A stretch of 64,000 nucleotides of DNA. Source: Rhizophagus irregularis (lineage: Eukaryota). Below are positions 26,907-40,516 of the stretch, piece after piece. The stretch lies in NCBI RefSeq assembly GCF_026210795.1, contig NC_089432.1, positions 992,001 through 1,056,000 of the forward strand. The letters run 5' to 3'. A program made the position numbers and the translations under genes. Below the pieces are notes generated by a model that saw only the letters and a program-made list of their open reading frames with translations, did not search any database and was not told the origin of the DNA. Within the stretch, counting starts at the first letter, position 1, and each line of letters opens with the position of its first letter.

Positions 26907-27150
26907 TAAGGTTGCTTGTCTAAACCTCTTCAAAATCCTACGATTAGTTTCGTCAAAATTTTACTATAGATTTATTATAGTTTCGGCAGAGTTTCGGCAG
27001 TATCGGCATTTATAATAAGTTTCAGCAGTTTCGCCATTCTCCAAAGTTTCACCAGTTTTTTAATATAACTTTAATATAGTTTCAGCAGAATTTCGCTTTT
27101 CGGTGAAACGCCATCTTGCCTAAACCCCTAGGTTTCGGCAAGCAACCTTA
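26907..27150. mobile_element. hAT-type MITE, copy 1
   Basis: TIR TAAGGTTGCTTG; TSD ATCACAAT. Confidence 0.93.
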
Positions 27151-27855
27151 ATCACAATACTGCTATTTTGCGTAAAAAATTCCATTATCTCTAATAAACC
27201 TATATGATATTACTAGCGTTCTAAAAAAATAATAATAATTTTTTCGAAATTTCTTTTTTTCTCTAAAAAAAATAATAAATTTTTTCGAAATTTCTTTTTT
27301 TCTCTACAAAAAATAATAAAATTTTTTTCCTTTTTTTTTTCTGAAAAAAATATCGAAAATAAAAATCTAAATAGTTAAAATCTGATTATTCAGCAAATAT
27401 TATGTTATAATGGCACAGCCAAATTATGTCATCATTATCTAATTTCATTTGGCTGCGCCATCATTACTATATTATTAATTGATTTTTTGGCTGCGCTATC
27501 GTTACTTCATTATTTTTCGGCTGCGCTATTGTTACTTCATTATTATCTAATTTTTTTGGCTGCGCCATCATTACATCATTATTTAAGCTTCGCCATTATT
27601 CTCTAATTTCACTTGGTTTTATTATTTATAATAATAAAATAAATAAATTTCTACGCACAATTTATAATAAAAAAAAAAATTTCTACTCAATAAACTGAAA
27701 AAAAAGAACTGAGGTAAATTACTCTTTAGGATGCTTTTGTTTATTGTGGCAAACCCATTCGTGACGCTAGCAATGCCCAGCCTTTGACGCAGTCTTGGTC
27801 CTTTTGTGGCATGTAGAGCAGTGGTGGATGGACGGAAATATGACTGCCATGGTTT

Positions 27856-29447
27856 AGAACGTTCGGGTATATAGTAAATCAGTATAGTATGATTCATAAA
27901 TTTAGTATGTATGATAAGACAAATTACCATACTAAGATAATATACATGAATATTATACTATGTGACACAATAAATATTATACTAAAATATTTTATGTGAT
28001 ACAATGAAACACGTGCAATAAACAATAACATCAGATATAACCTCTCTATTGTGGCTTATAATTACATGAAAAAAATTTTTTCTCTATGGGCAAAAAATAT
28101 TTCTATCCAAAATAATAAAAATGAGTGAGAAAATAGATCTTTCAGATATAAAAGAACTTGATATTAATTATATTGAGTTAGATCCTGTAAGTAAAATATG
28201 TGAGGCTAAGTTTTTTAATTTAATAAATTAATTTTCTTTTGGATTTCTTAAAGGAATATCAAGTTGAAAGTAAGTGATAGTAATACTATTGAAAGTGATA
28301 AAGATACTGATATAATAAGCGATGAAGAAGAAGACTCAATTGCAATATTTTCAAGAAAGACACATGTACAAGAAGTTCATTATGCCACTGTACCAATTGA
28401 AAAAACTTCAGAATATGGTGTTGCCACAGTATATAATATTACAGGTTGGAAGAATCCAAGAGACTGTTGGAAAAATGTAAGTAATTATCATTTATTAATC
28501 TGCAGCTTTATTAATTCTATTAAAATTATTAAATACAAATAAATTTTTCTCCAGATTCAATATTCCTTAGGTGGAGGTGGTCAAAGTTCAATTAAGAACT
28601 GTCCATTCTTTGGTAATATTAGCATTAAAAAAGAAGAAAGAAACTGCATTTTAATCAATTATTTTCTTTATTTTTTAATATCATTAGAGGACATAAAGTT
28701 GATTAAAAAGCTTTAAAAACAATGGAAACTGAAAATAAATTTGGAGTTCCCTATTCAAGGCGTGATAATGGAGAAGTCAAAAAAATTTCTAAGGCAATTA
28801 CACGTAAAGGTATTTTTGCATTTGATAAGCTTAATATATTAAAAAAAAGTTAAAAATTAATAATGGTATTATCATTAATAAATTTAGGTACAAGAAATGG
28901 TAAAAATAAGCGAATTTTGGTTGATTCAACCAATATTAAAACTGAAAGCTCACAACCAAAAAGAAAAGGACAATTTGCATCAACTAGAAATTCTAAACAA
29001 TGCAAAATTACTGAAAATAATACTGAAAATATTGATTTTGATATAGAAGAGAGAAAAATAGCCCTTAAGGAGTGTGAACTTTAGATTTGTGTTCAAGAGG
29101 CTGCAGCCAGAAAGGCACTTGCTAAAGCTGAAGCAATGGAGCTAATTAATTTAGAAAAAAAGAAGTCATTAGGATTACTTTAAATAATAACATCAAATAT
29201 AATTTGTATTAAAGTAATATAAATAAAGTTATAATTTTTTAAAATTTAAATTTTAGTAGTATAGAATAATAATAAAAAAATGAATCATACATACTATGAT
29301 TTTTTTTTATATAGTAATCTAAGTATGTATGTATAAATATGAATCATACATACTACTTTAAAATCATACATACATAGATCATTTTAACCATACTATACAA
29401 AAATTCTCAATCATACTACATAACTTTCTGAAATACTGGAACGTTCT
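27856..29447 (+). mobile_element. Internally deleted TIR element carrying a multi-exon transposase-like remnant (28121-29183)
   Basis: Long imperfect TIRs starting AGAACGTTC with GTATGAT repeats; exons ...YNITGWKNPRDCWKN/IQYSLGGG...CPFFG; no TSD resolved; superfamily uncertain. Confidence 0.6.
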
Positions 29448-29565
29448 GTGGTAAACTTTTTTTTACTTCAACTGCTTTTATAGTACTAGGAAGGGTGATA
29501 CAAAATGCTGATTGGCTTCTGCTATTGCACACAAATCTTAGTAAAAGCAAATATCCATGTGAATT

Positions 29566-31128
29566 ATGATTCCGTTCTCTGTTCACAATTCAATCATGGA
29601 TAACGAAAATAACATTTTTTACTCTAGTTCGTTGGATGATGACGAACCTACATTGGACTTGGATTTCAATGCTCTACGACAGCTTGCTTCCAGTCGCTTA
29701 GACAGACATTGTGTTCACACTCGTAGACTAACAAAAGGACTCTATAATGAAATTTATTTATTACAATTCGAGGGTGGCCCAGACTGCATCGCCCGACTTT
29801 CGCGTGATCTAACCCACCCTGCAGCAAAATTCGCTAGTGAAGTTGCGACTATGAAGTATGTCGCTCAAAATACCAGTATCAAAGTGCCGGAAGTATATGA
29901 TTGGGATTGCACCGTGCATAATCCCATAAAAATCCCTTACATTCTCATGGAACGGATACCTGGACAACACTTATATCGAGTTTGGGATGAGTTAACAGTT
30001 GAAAAAAAGAAGTGTGTTTTAAGCCAAATCATCGACACGTTGCTCGAATTATGGACGAAATGCCAGTTTGAAGAGATCGGATGTCTTTACATGGACTTTG
30101 TGAGTACAGTAACAACTTTTTACTTGTAGTATTATGCAAGGCACATAATTAATATTTATTGAATGTCTCATATAATAATATTATAAAATTAGATGGAGTC
30201 AACTTTTCGAATAGGACCTATTGTGGATCCTGTATTTTATATTGAGGGAAGAAATGCCATTCCTAGTTTCACCGGCCCTTTTAGAAGCATGCAGGAATTA
30301 TTTGACGTCTTGATTCAAAAAGAAAAAAAATTCTTTGAGATTCATGTTGTGCAAGAACTTATGAAAAAGAAGAAGATAAATCAGATAACGAAAGTGGTAA
30401 ATCTAATAAAACAAATGGCCTTACTTCAATTCAAGTTATTCAAACCTTTTGATAAATCGATAGATCAAAAACCCTTTGTTCTTCTTCATGGTGATTTTGA
30501 TGCACAAAACATACTCGTTGAGCGTTCAGTTAATGATGAAATCAAAATTGTAGGTATCATTGATTGGGAGTTTTCTCGTACAGGAACTTTATGGAATTTA
30601 TGCCAGTATCCAATATGGATCCAAGAAGTGGAAGAACCGTTCAGAGTTCTCAACGATTTGGAGTTGCAAGAGAGTCGTGAAAAGCAGAAGCTAAGAGAAT
30701 TTTTCCATGGTGAAATGGTAGCAAAATTGGGGAGCAGAAGCAGACAAATACTGGAAATGAAAAAACGAGATTTGAGGATCAAAAAATTAGAGGATATGTT
30801 TACTTATATGGTTCACAGTTTTGCAGGTTTACAAGGCTTGCTAGAATCGTTCTTCTATCGTTATGGGCCAGAGTTAACCAATGCTCATTTTGATGATCCT
30901 ATTCCATCTAAAAGAGTTATTACGTATTTGTTATCAAAGGATGAATTATTATTAGATAGAATCATGGAAGAAGTTCCTATTGATTACATAGCATCTGTCT
31001 ATTACAAACTTAAATCTAACGATTATAATTTTTCTTGGCAACAAGCTTCTACCATAGCATTTCATATGTGGAATAATGAAAGCAAGGATGATCCCACAAT
31101 TTATGAATATGGCAACATGAATATTTAA
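29566..31128 (+). CDS. Aminoglycoside-phosphotransferase/choline-kinase-like (APH) protein, 2 exons (29566-30099, 30193-31128)
   Basis: GLYNEIY, SEVATM, VPEVY, YILMERIPG, HGDFDAQN, IIDWE; phase-0 GTGAGT...TAG intron. Confidence 0.88.
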
Positions 31129-31419
31129 TATAATAATGTCAGTTTCGGTGATTGTGAAATATCAAATGTTTAATGAAAAGAAATTTATATCTGGAGTTTG
31201 CAGTACCTAATTTTTTTAAGAAATATATGTATATTTTTACCTATAAAACATACATTCACAATTTAAAAATCAATCGAAAACATATTTTTATTATTATGTA
31301 ATTATATGAAAAAGTGGCCAGCTGACTAATAAATAAATGTAAAAAACGATAGAGAAGCAGGGTTTCAAGGGAGGAAATTTGCCGAGCCCTAACCCAATTT
31401 AGTTGCAGTTTCTTTTCCG

Positions 31420-32285
31420 CTACTCAGTATTATTATCTAAACTGCTAATATTTTCTTTACTATCTAACCATTTGCTAATTAACTTTACTGTACTATATTT
31501 CGAATCACTGTACCCATAATAAAAACTTTTTATAGTAGCCTCTCCAATCTTTTTTCCCGTAAGTTGATGAATCTCACGAGCTACCATTTCACACATATAG
31601 TCAACAGAATCACTCCCTCTAAGCGAATTAAAAATTTGCTTAAAACGGGTCATCAAAAAAAGATGAATTGGATGATGAACTTCCAGAATAAGAGCTTGCA
31701 TGTGAAGTTCACTCTGATTGACTTGAAGCTTCGGAATTGTTGGCCACACTGTGTTGATCAGATTCATCAAATTCATCAGAGACTGACTGAGTTCTTTGAG
31801 CAAGTATGCTATCTACATCGTGTCTAACCATATCTTACAAGAACTTGGATAGTAGCATTGATTGTAATAAATCCAGATTAAAATTGGTTTGATATTCTCG
31901 TTCGATTTCATCAAGTCTTGTAGTCACGTTGCTGATTATTGATCTTATTTTCTGTGCCTTTGCAGAGTAATTATTCTGCAGTAAGTTTACCGTTAATCTT
32001 ATGCTTAATTTTGTTGATCTCCGCAGTGAGTTGGGAATAGATTTCATTCTTAATTTTGCTAATCTCCGCAGTGGAATTAATGTTAACTTCAGAAATATGT
32101 GCGCTAAGCTTTTTGTTCATTTCAATAAAGGTCTTTTCGATTTCCTCTGGTGTGTTATTTTTTGTATCAAGATCATTGATGATTCTAGTGACACGTGCAG
32201 AAAGTTCATCAGAAATTTTTTGTTTGAAATAATGAGAATCTATTATAGATGATAACAAAGGGGAAATTCTAAGTGATATAACCAA
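31420..32285 (-). pseudogene. Frameshifted coiled-coil-rich gene remnant
   Basis: Three abutting minus-strand ORFs in different frames. Confidence 0.45.
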
Positions 32286-32328
32286 TATATTGTATGACAG
32301 ATAAAAAGAAAAAGTTATAAATTTAGTA

Positions 32329-32683
32329 TTGCTTAAAAAGAAAAATCTGATGTTTGCAAACCCAAATAGTGATGTAAAGGCATTTCCTTTACTATGTGGT
32401 TGGGCGTTAAAGCATAATCAAAAATATGGTAAAAAGGGTTCAGAAAAAAGAATTGCACCACAAGTTATAGCTCTGTTAGAACGTTTCTTCTTAGAGGGTA
32501 ATGTTCACAAAAACAGAAAAATAAATGGGTACAATATGTGAGACAACTGGTTGAAAAACAAGAAAGTGGTGAATTGGCACGAGACATTGAAATTCCAGAA
32601 GTGTCTTCTATTAATAATTGGATAGCAAGATTTGCTGCGAAGTCAAAAAAGAACTTGTCTGAACAAGCTATAGCTAGTTTTTA
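32329..32683 (+). pseudogene. C-terminal remnant of a GWALK-motif transposase-like protein
   Basis: FPLLCGWALK..KYGKKG..LERFFLEG, frameshift, then GEL..IPEVSSINNWIARF*; family assignment from recall only. Confidence 0.55.
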
Positions 32684-35258
32684 AGCAGTTTTAAAGCAAA
32701 ATTGTTATTTTTTGCCATTCTTAATAATTAATAAAATACCTGGAATCTCACATTCCGTAAAAGCCCAAGCCAAAAGTTTTTTTTAAATCATTTTGATTAA
32801 ATTAGTAAAATAAAAATTCAAGATTTGCCACGTTGAAATAAGGGGTTTTTTTTGTATTACGCATTGTAAGTTGTACATCAATTTTTATTATTCAGAACGT
32901 TTAATTATATGATTAACATAAAATTCACCAAATTTGTCTAATTAATTTTTATGGTTTATTGGCGGATCATGAATTAATTTCTTTTTTTATCTTTTTTTTA
33001 GACAGCCTGGACACATAGGATCTCAGTAAGAAATCAGCCTTGGTTTTTCATATTTTTAGTCAAGTCTGGACGTGTAGGATAAGTAAGTTTTGGAAGACAG
33101 AAATTTGAAACTTTAAAAAAAAAGTTTTTAACTTTTTTTTTCATTTTTGTAGGAAATCGGCTCTGAATTAGAAACCAAATCCAGATAAGTTTCTAAAAAA
33201 GAATCTGAAGCTCAAAAAGTAGTTTTTTTAAATTTATTCTTGTTTAATTTTTGTAGGAAAATCAACTCTGATGTGGATACCAGATTCCCAAGTGAGTATC
33301 GAAAAAATATTATTGAAAATTAATTAAAAAAAGTTTTTATTAATCTTTTTTATTTCTTTTTTAGGACTCCTGTCTCCAGAACCCTTGTGAAAAGATGTTT
33401 AATTACAGTAATATCTTCTTTTATTTTGTAGTTTTCCTTTGACTTAATTATCAGGATTTTCAGTATGATAACTGGTTTTTGTATTGTTCAGGTTGTGTGA
33501 AATTAGTAGGTTGAAGGTAAGTTTTTTGGAAAAAAATTTTAAAACGATAAAAAATTTTGATTAACATTTTTTTTCTTTTATTTATAGGATGAATTTCTGA
33601 TTTATGAATGGATCGGATGATAAGTTTTGAAATTTTAAAATTAAATTATTTCAAAATTAAATTTTTTAAAAAAAATATTAATATACTTTTCCTCTCTTTT
33701 TTATAGGAAACGGATTTCTGGTTTTTTGGTGGATTGGATAGTAAGTTTTGATTTTAAAAACTTAATTTATTTAGCGATTTTTTTATTAATAATATTTTAT
33801 TTTAATTTATTTTTATTTTACAGAAATCTAAAGAATTACTACAGTAGTTTGTTGATCACATTCCATATTTATTTTTCATACACAATTGTAGGAATGCATA
33901 AATCGATGTTATATTTTATTACTAGGAAACGGGAACCGTTGTAAGTCCGGAGCGAGGTATGATAAATAAAGATGTAGCGATATTCTACTAATTAGCAGCA
34001 TAACGCCTTGGAATTCCTGGACAGAGAAACTCACGTGATTGAAAATTTACATGTTATTTCCATAGATCATCATAGTGCGTAAACATATATAGTCCTTCGC
34101 TTCGCTCCAGACAATAATGTGGTATTGATATGATAATAATATTATTAAGAATTATATAGTATTTTAAATTTTTTGATAGATGAGAGAAACATTTGTGCTA
34201 TATATTGTATATATGTAAATAAATTTTTGATTATTTTAATAAATTGATTTATTATATTTCCAACATATTTTTGACACCATATACAGATAGATCACACTAT
34301 ATAGTTAATGATATCAGGTGATCTTCATTTTAATAGTGATATTCCTTGTGATTGGTTGTTCTGCTAATTGTGCTATCCTGGAAAGAAAGGAAAATTTTAC
34401 TAATTTAATTAGCTCTTATGCGCTAAGTATAGGGTACGTTTTTTATATTATTAATATTGATATTGATATTGATATTGATATTGATATTGAATTGAAATTG
34501 AATTGATATTGATATTGATATTGAGTTGATATTGAGTTCAATATTACGAACAATGGTCGTTTATATAAAAAAAAAAATTGATCATGATCTGCAGCATGAT
34601 CAAAATCCAAGAGCTAACCATATATTGACATCAAGGATATATATATATATAAATAGGGAAAATGTAATTGGCAACCTGGGTCAGCATGATGACCCCTGAT
34701 TATGTAATAAATTTATATTTTTTTATTGGCTACACAAATATGATCATTGTGTCATCTGATAAATGTTTATTTGTTTATCAGATAACGATAATTTTTTTTT
34801 CCTTTTTTTTTATTGCAGTGCTATTTCAGCTTGAAAATGACTTTTTTTCAAGGCAATTTTTTTTGTTTTTTTTTTGTTATTTTATTGTATTTAATGACTC
34901 TTTACTTTATTATTAACGCTAACTTTATTTTTTCTTTAGATAATGGGATGGCTTCTTTCCCAGTAAGAAAAATTGTATACTGAAAATATACTGAAAATAT
35001 ACTGAATTTTAATAATATATAAAGTTTAATAAATGTATTATTTAAGTATAATTTGGGTATATTTTTTATAAGTTAATTATATACATAATTAATACTGAAA
35101 ATATGTTTAAATATATTGTTTTTGATATGGAAATAACTTACAAAACATCCTTAAATTTTGCCCGTTTAAATATATTTTAAGTGTAAATATTTTATATTTA
35201 TTTTATTATTAATTTCTACTTTAGTTTAAGTATAATAAACGGATATATTATATATTAA

Positions 35259-35501
35259 TAAGGTTGCTTGTCTAAACCTCTTCAAAATTCTATAATTAGT
35301 TTCGTCAAAATTTTACTATAGATTTATTATAGTTTGGCAGAGTTTTGGCAGTTTCAGCATTTATAATAAGTTTCAGCAGTTTTGCCTTTCTCCAAAGTTT
35401 CGCCAGTTTTTTAATATAACTTTAATATAGTTTCAGCAGAATTTCGCTTTTCAGTGAAATGCCATCTTGCCTAAACCCCTAGGTTTTGGCAAGCAACCTT
35501 A
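35259..35501. mobile_element. hAT-type MITE, copy 2 of the 26907 family
   Basis: Same TIR and body; TSD TATATTAA. Confidence 0.93.
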
Positions 35502-36748
35502 TATATTAAAAAGTATATTTGAATATATTAAAATGCATTTTCAGTATACTTTACATACATTTTAATAATATATTAATTATGATTCAAATCGAAACAATGT
35601 ATATTTTTAGTTGAATTAAAGGTTATTTAATTTATAATAAACTAATATTTATTGTACATTTTGATAATAAAAAGATTATTATGCAATGAGTATTTAATAT
35701 ACATGTTATAAATATGGTTTAATTATATTTTAATTATTTTCAGTGCGTTAAAAAAGGTTATTTTAATTACAATAAATTAATTTTTTGTGTATATTTTAAT
35801 AACATCAAGAATTTATTTTTAAGATAATATGGTTTGAATAAATGCATAAATAATATTGAACATAATTACGAAAAGAAAGACAGTTACAAAAGACTTATTC
35901 TGTACCTTATTATAATAATAACTTGAGATCTACTTACCCAAAAGAACATCATATGAAAAAATACATATGGTATATTATTCTAATATATATATTCAAAAGT
36001 AAAAAATATAAAAAGATAGTTATGGAATAGCAATAATTTATAAAGACTGATACATACCTACTAAATTATCTTTTGCTTAATTTTTGTAATATTGCGCTGC
36101 GAAATATAAAAAAAATACGTTACTACAACTGATGCAATTATAACATGAGATTTGGCAAATACCTTCTACATACTCCCTTAAGTAACATCATAGTCTAGTA
36201 AGCCTCAACCACACCCTGTTGTAAAGAAGGTACGTAACCGACTCTTTAGACTTCACAATAGGATATTGTGTGGTAGAGAATTTGAAAATATAAATATATT
36301 CTATTTTCATACCTATTTAACAGCTTTAAAAACCTTTTATCGATAAATATAAACACAATATTAATGTAACTTTTTAACAAAAAATAAACACATAAGCAAA
36401 GTATTAAAGTATTTTTTAATAAAAGTTTAATAAAAGAAAGAAAAATAAATACTAAAGATAAAAAAGTCAAACGGTAATAAATAAACAAAAGATCTTAATA
36501 AATAATGCAATATTTACTATTTTTAACTACGCTAATTATAATAGATAATCCACGTTTAACTATTTTTAGAGAGAATTAATAAATTTACCAAATAACGGGT
36601 TATCTGATTTATTCAATTCTACCAGCATTATAACCATAATTTTATTAGGAATAATAAAGTAAAATTTACTTTTTATTATTTAAACACGTTTAAATTGCAA
36701 ATAACGGGTTATCTGACTAATATAGATCATATTTAATATCTATATTTT

Positions 36749-37611
36749 TCATTTTCTACCTCTTCCACGTCTTCCTTTTTTTTGGCTATTTTGTGGTGCT
36801 TCTAAAGGAGATTCTTGTTGCAGAGAAAGTACTGGAGATTCTTCTTGTGTTCTTCGTATTTCTTCTTGTCGTGCTACTTCTTCTTGCACTACTTGTGCCG
36901 CTTCTTCTTGCACTTCTTGTGCTGCTTCTTCTTGCATTCTTTTGCTGCCTCTTCTTGCACTGGAAGAGATCAATTTTTTTTTGTTTAAATAGTATCCTAA
37001 AAATAAAATAACAAATGATTAATAACAAAAATAAAACAAATAATTTACAAAATTATTATAACTCACGTTTTCTTTGAATGGTACTGATTAACATTTCTTT
37101 AATAGCCCAGTCACCCAGTTACAGGAAAATCAGGAGCTTTCTTTTTAAACTACAATGAAAAGTTAGTTGGCTATCAATAAACTTTTTGATAAAAAATAAT
37201 AATAATGAAAGACAATATTTACAGCACAAACAACTTGGGATGTTACCAAGGTCTTTTGGATTCTATAACTTAAAGCAAAATCCACATTTTTCTCATAAAG
37301 TCACTCTCTCATTATATCCTATTATAAAAATAATGAGTAAAATAATAAAATATAAATTTAACTTTTTATTAAAAAGCTAAAATAATTAATTACTAAATAG
37401 CTGAGCCAGCGCTACTTTTGATCTTTTAAGCCGATAGCGTCCTGTAATTTATATTTATGCGTGAGTCTATAGATTGGCTTAACCTATGATATTAAAATAA
37501 TGAGCGATAGAACATTAGCAATATGATATTCTTAATACTTTATACCTCAGACGGAAGAACATTCAAATCAATAGGAGATAAAACAGTGTTAGAGTTGTTA
37601 GAGAAAGACAT
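36749..37611 (-). pseudogene. Multi-exon accessory gene of the EnSpm-like element
   Basis: Short GT-AG exons; last exon has QEEAAQ repeats and a KKGRRGRGRK tail. Confidence 0.4.
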
Positions 37612-37850
37612 GTCAAAAATAAGAAAAAGAGTTTAAGTTTAAGTTTGGAATAATACAAGTGTGAATTTATCTTTTTATAGAGAAATACGTGTTATCGAGA
37701 AATGTCCCATGCCAATTTATGTGCGTGTCAATTTGATATACACGTTATTATTAATTACTGATACATTGTCATACTTTACTTTTTTCTGGGACTATAATAT
37801 CAACGATTAGAAATCATTTTTATTACTATTAAATAATAATTTATTACATT

Positions 37851-40190
37851 TTATTCAAGATTTTCCCAATTAGCATCATCAAATGCATTTTCTTTATCAA
37901 TTATAAAATACTTTTTATCTATTTTTGCAAATCCTATGCAATGGTCTACACACTTTACATCAATAAATTCTTTTGATTTAAATTGAGTAAAATATTTACA
38001 TTCATATTCATCATCTATTATTTTTGATGTTAATTGTACATAAGCACGCATGTAAATTTTATCATTAAATTTATGTACAAAAAAATAATCTACTATCCCA
38101 TAAATATCTACAATCATGAGTTGAGGAAGTGCATTTGGTCTATGAGAAACTTTATCTATTGTACGTCTTATCTAAATTACAAGCAATAATAAATCAATAA
38201 TATAATTGATGATGATGATGATGATAAATGATTTCTTACCTGAACACAATAATTATTTCTTGTGATCTTATTCTTTTTTTTTATCCAATGACTGCTAATA
38301 TAATGCCCATCCAATGTTCTTAGTCTTCCATATTGCATGCCATAATTATTAATGTTCTAATAAATTTAAAAAAAAACTAAATATATCTTGAATAATTTGA
38401 TTAATCTAACAAAAAAATTTTTTTACATTTACTGAGTTTGATCCTTCATAAAATTTAATCAGATGTTTGTACTCTTGTCCTGATAAAGAATATTGTATGG
38501 AAGGCCAATAAAATTCTTCTTCATATTCTTCGATATCACAAAATACCTGTTTACTATTCCATTGTTTTGGTAGTTTTTCTTTAAAAATGGATTTAGAAAT
38601 AGAAAAGAATGGCAACAAATAAAATTGTTGTAATAAGGTAAGCATGTTTGATAGATTACTATAAGGATTAAGTCTTGATTTAATAAGTAGTTGTAAAATA
38701 CCACAAATTCTTTTCATTGGAAATTGCCAGTGGGTCCAACTAGGACCACAATATTTAATACAGTTTGCCACATGTAAAAGATAGTGAAAACTTATCTGAC
38801 ATGCTGCTAAACGTTGACTATTATGCTGATAATATTCTCTAAAATAAACAACAAATCTTTATAAAAAAATGAAAGATGATAAATGAAAAATTAAATTAAA
38901 CATTATTACTTCTCATAATAATCCAAGAATTTTTTAAGTAATTGTTGAACATCATCTACTTGATCTTCTGATATTACAGGCTCTAAACAAAGCTTTACAG
39001 CTTTTACAATATTTGACCATTCTTGAAGATGCCTATTTAACAAATAAAAAAGTAAATTTTACTTTTCATTAATGTAGATTGATAGATAATAGTTATAATA
39101 CATATATACTTTTTGATAAATACCTTTTATCTAAATATTTCCTTAATAATAGTAATGAAAATAAAATAATCCAGTTTCTCCACTCTACTGCTTTATTACC
39201 ATTATGATATTTAAGTATATCTCGTGGAGGGCGTCCTATTTCATTAGGCATATTTTTTTTGATTTTTTCCATTTGTGCGCCAATAATTTCCCATTGTGAT
39301 TTTGATAATTCATAATCATTAGACATTGGGATATTATTGAAAAAATTACCAGTCCAATGTGCATACATTTGTGCGGCCATAGTTTCAAAAAATAAATGCA
39401 TAATGTCTGTTGGAAAAGACCATGGAAATAAGATTGTTTTTAGTTTGAGCAACTCACTTGACCCTTTAATTCCTATAAATATAAAATAATTTTTAATATA
39501 TAATTTTTATTTAATGTAATTGGTTTTAAAAATAAAAATATACCTGCCTGTTTCTTTTATCATATTATTTTTTTGAATTTTAATTGTTTCACTGTCAATT
39601 AATTTAGCCATATTGACAGTATCATCATAATTTTGTATATTATAAACAGTATCAGATGATGGATAGTATATGTAATAGTTTGATGGATGACAGATTCCTT
39701 CTATCATACAAAAGCGGCAGGCCTTATATATGAGTTATGCCCAGTTAAGTTTAAGCTTTTGCTTAATGCTGGGATATCTCCCGTTCATGTTAATAAATGT
39801 GCACGCAAAATAAATTGTTCATTTGTACGTCCATCTATACAAGGAACTCCTTCTAAAATTTTTAATAACAATTTAATAAAAAATTTTTAATAAAATCATT
39901 TTTTGTTATGTTAGAATAAGTTTACCTTCAAGTTCCTGTAATTCTTTTACTAAAGGATGTAAAAAAGAATTGAAATCTTTTGGCGAACGGGGTCCTGGTA
40001 TTATTATCGTTACTAAAAGATTTTCTTTTTTTACACGAATGTGAGGGGGTGAATTATTATTTATTAATAATATAATCCAACAATCATCGGTCTTCTGTTC
40101 AAAAATTTGATATCCGTCACATGACCCAGATAACGTGATATCTCTTTCATCTTTAAATAATCCCTTTGTAATAAGTCTTGATATAACCTA
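37851..40190 (-). pseudogene. Transposase_21/Tnp2-like (EnSpm/CACTA) transposase, multi-exon, 5' truncated
   Basis: IIPGPRSPKD, GDIPAL, FPTDIMHLFFE, GRPPRDI..KAVEWRNW, HYLLH..CGPSWTHWQFPM; stops and frameshifts. Confidence 0.85.
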
Positions 40191-40381
40191 TTTAATCCAG
40201 ACAATATATTAGTATCCTATAACTATTATTAAAATATATATTACATAAATTGATTTATTAAAAAAAAATATATATATTACACAAATAAAAAAAAATGTGG
40301 ACATAGAATCATCCAAATTTGATTCATGTGAAATAAATTTTATTGAATAATTTTATTTTGAATATGAATATAAATTATAAT

Positions 40382-40516
40382 GGGTCTGATACAAAATCCC
40401 GAATGTCAAAATCCCAAAAATCCTGAACCAGGCAGCATTATGCTTAGTAATGTTGGCCAATATTTCGGGATTTTGTACCATTCAGGATTTTGACATTCAG
40501 GATTTTGTACGGAACC
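40382..40516. mobile_element. Small foldback MITE (Mutator-like)
   Basis: AAAATCCCGAA repeats mirrored by TTC(G/A)GGATTTT; flanks AATTATAAT/TATTATAAT. Confidence 0.75.

Larger units (their letters stand above)
34958..40190 (-). mobile_element. Truncated EnSpm/CMC-type transposon
   Basis: Begins CCCAGTAAG with ATATACTGAAA subterminal repeats and contains a Tnp2-type transposase; the other end was not found. Confidence 0.6.

Noticed and set aside
34455..34540. GATATT microsatellite and ORF 34318-34506 with a signal-like N-terminus
   Set aside because: GTG start and a simple-repeat tail; no other coding support
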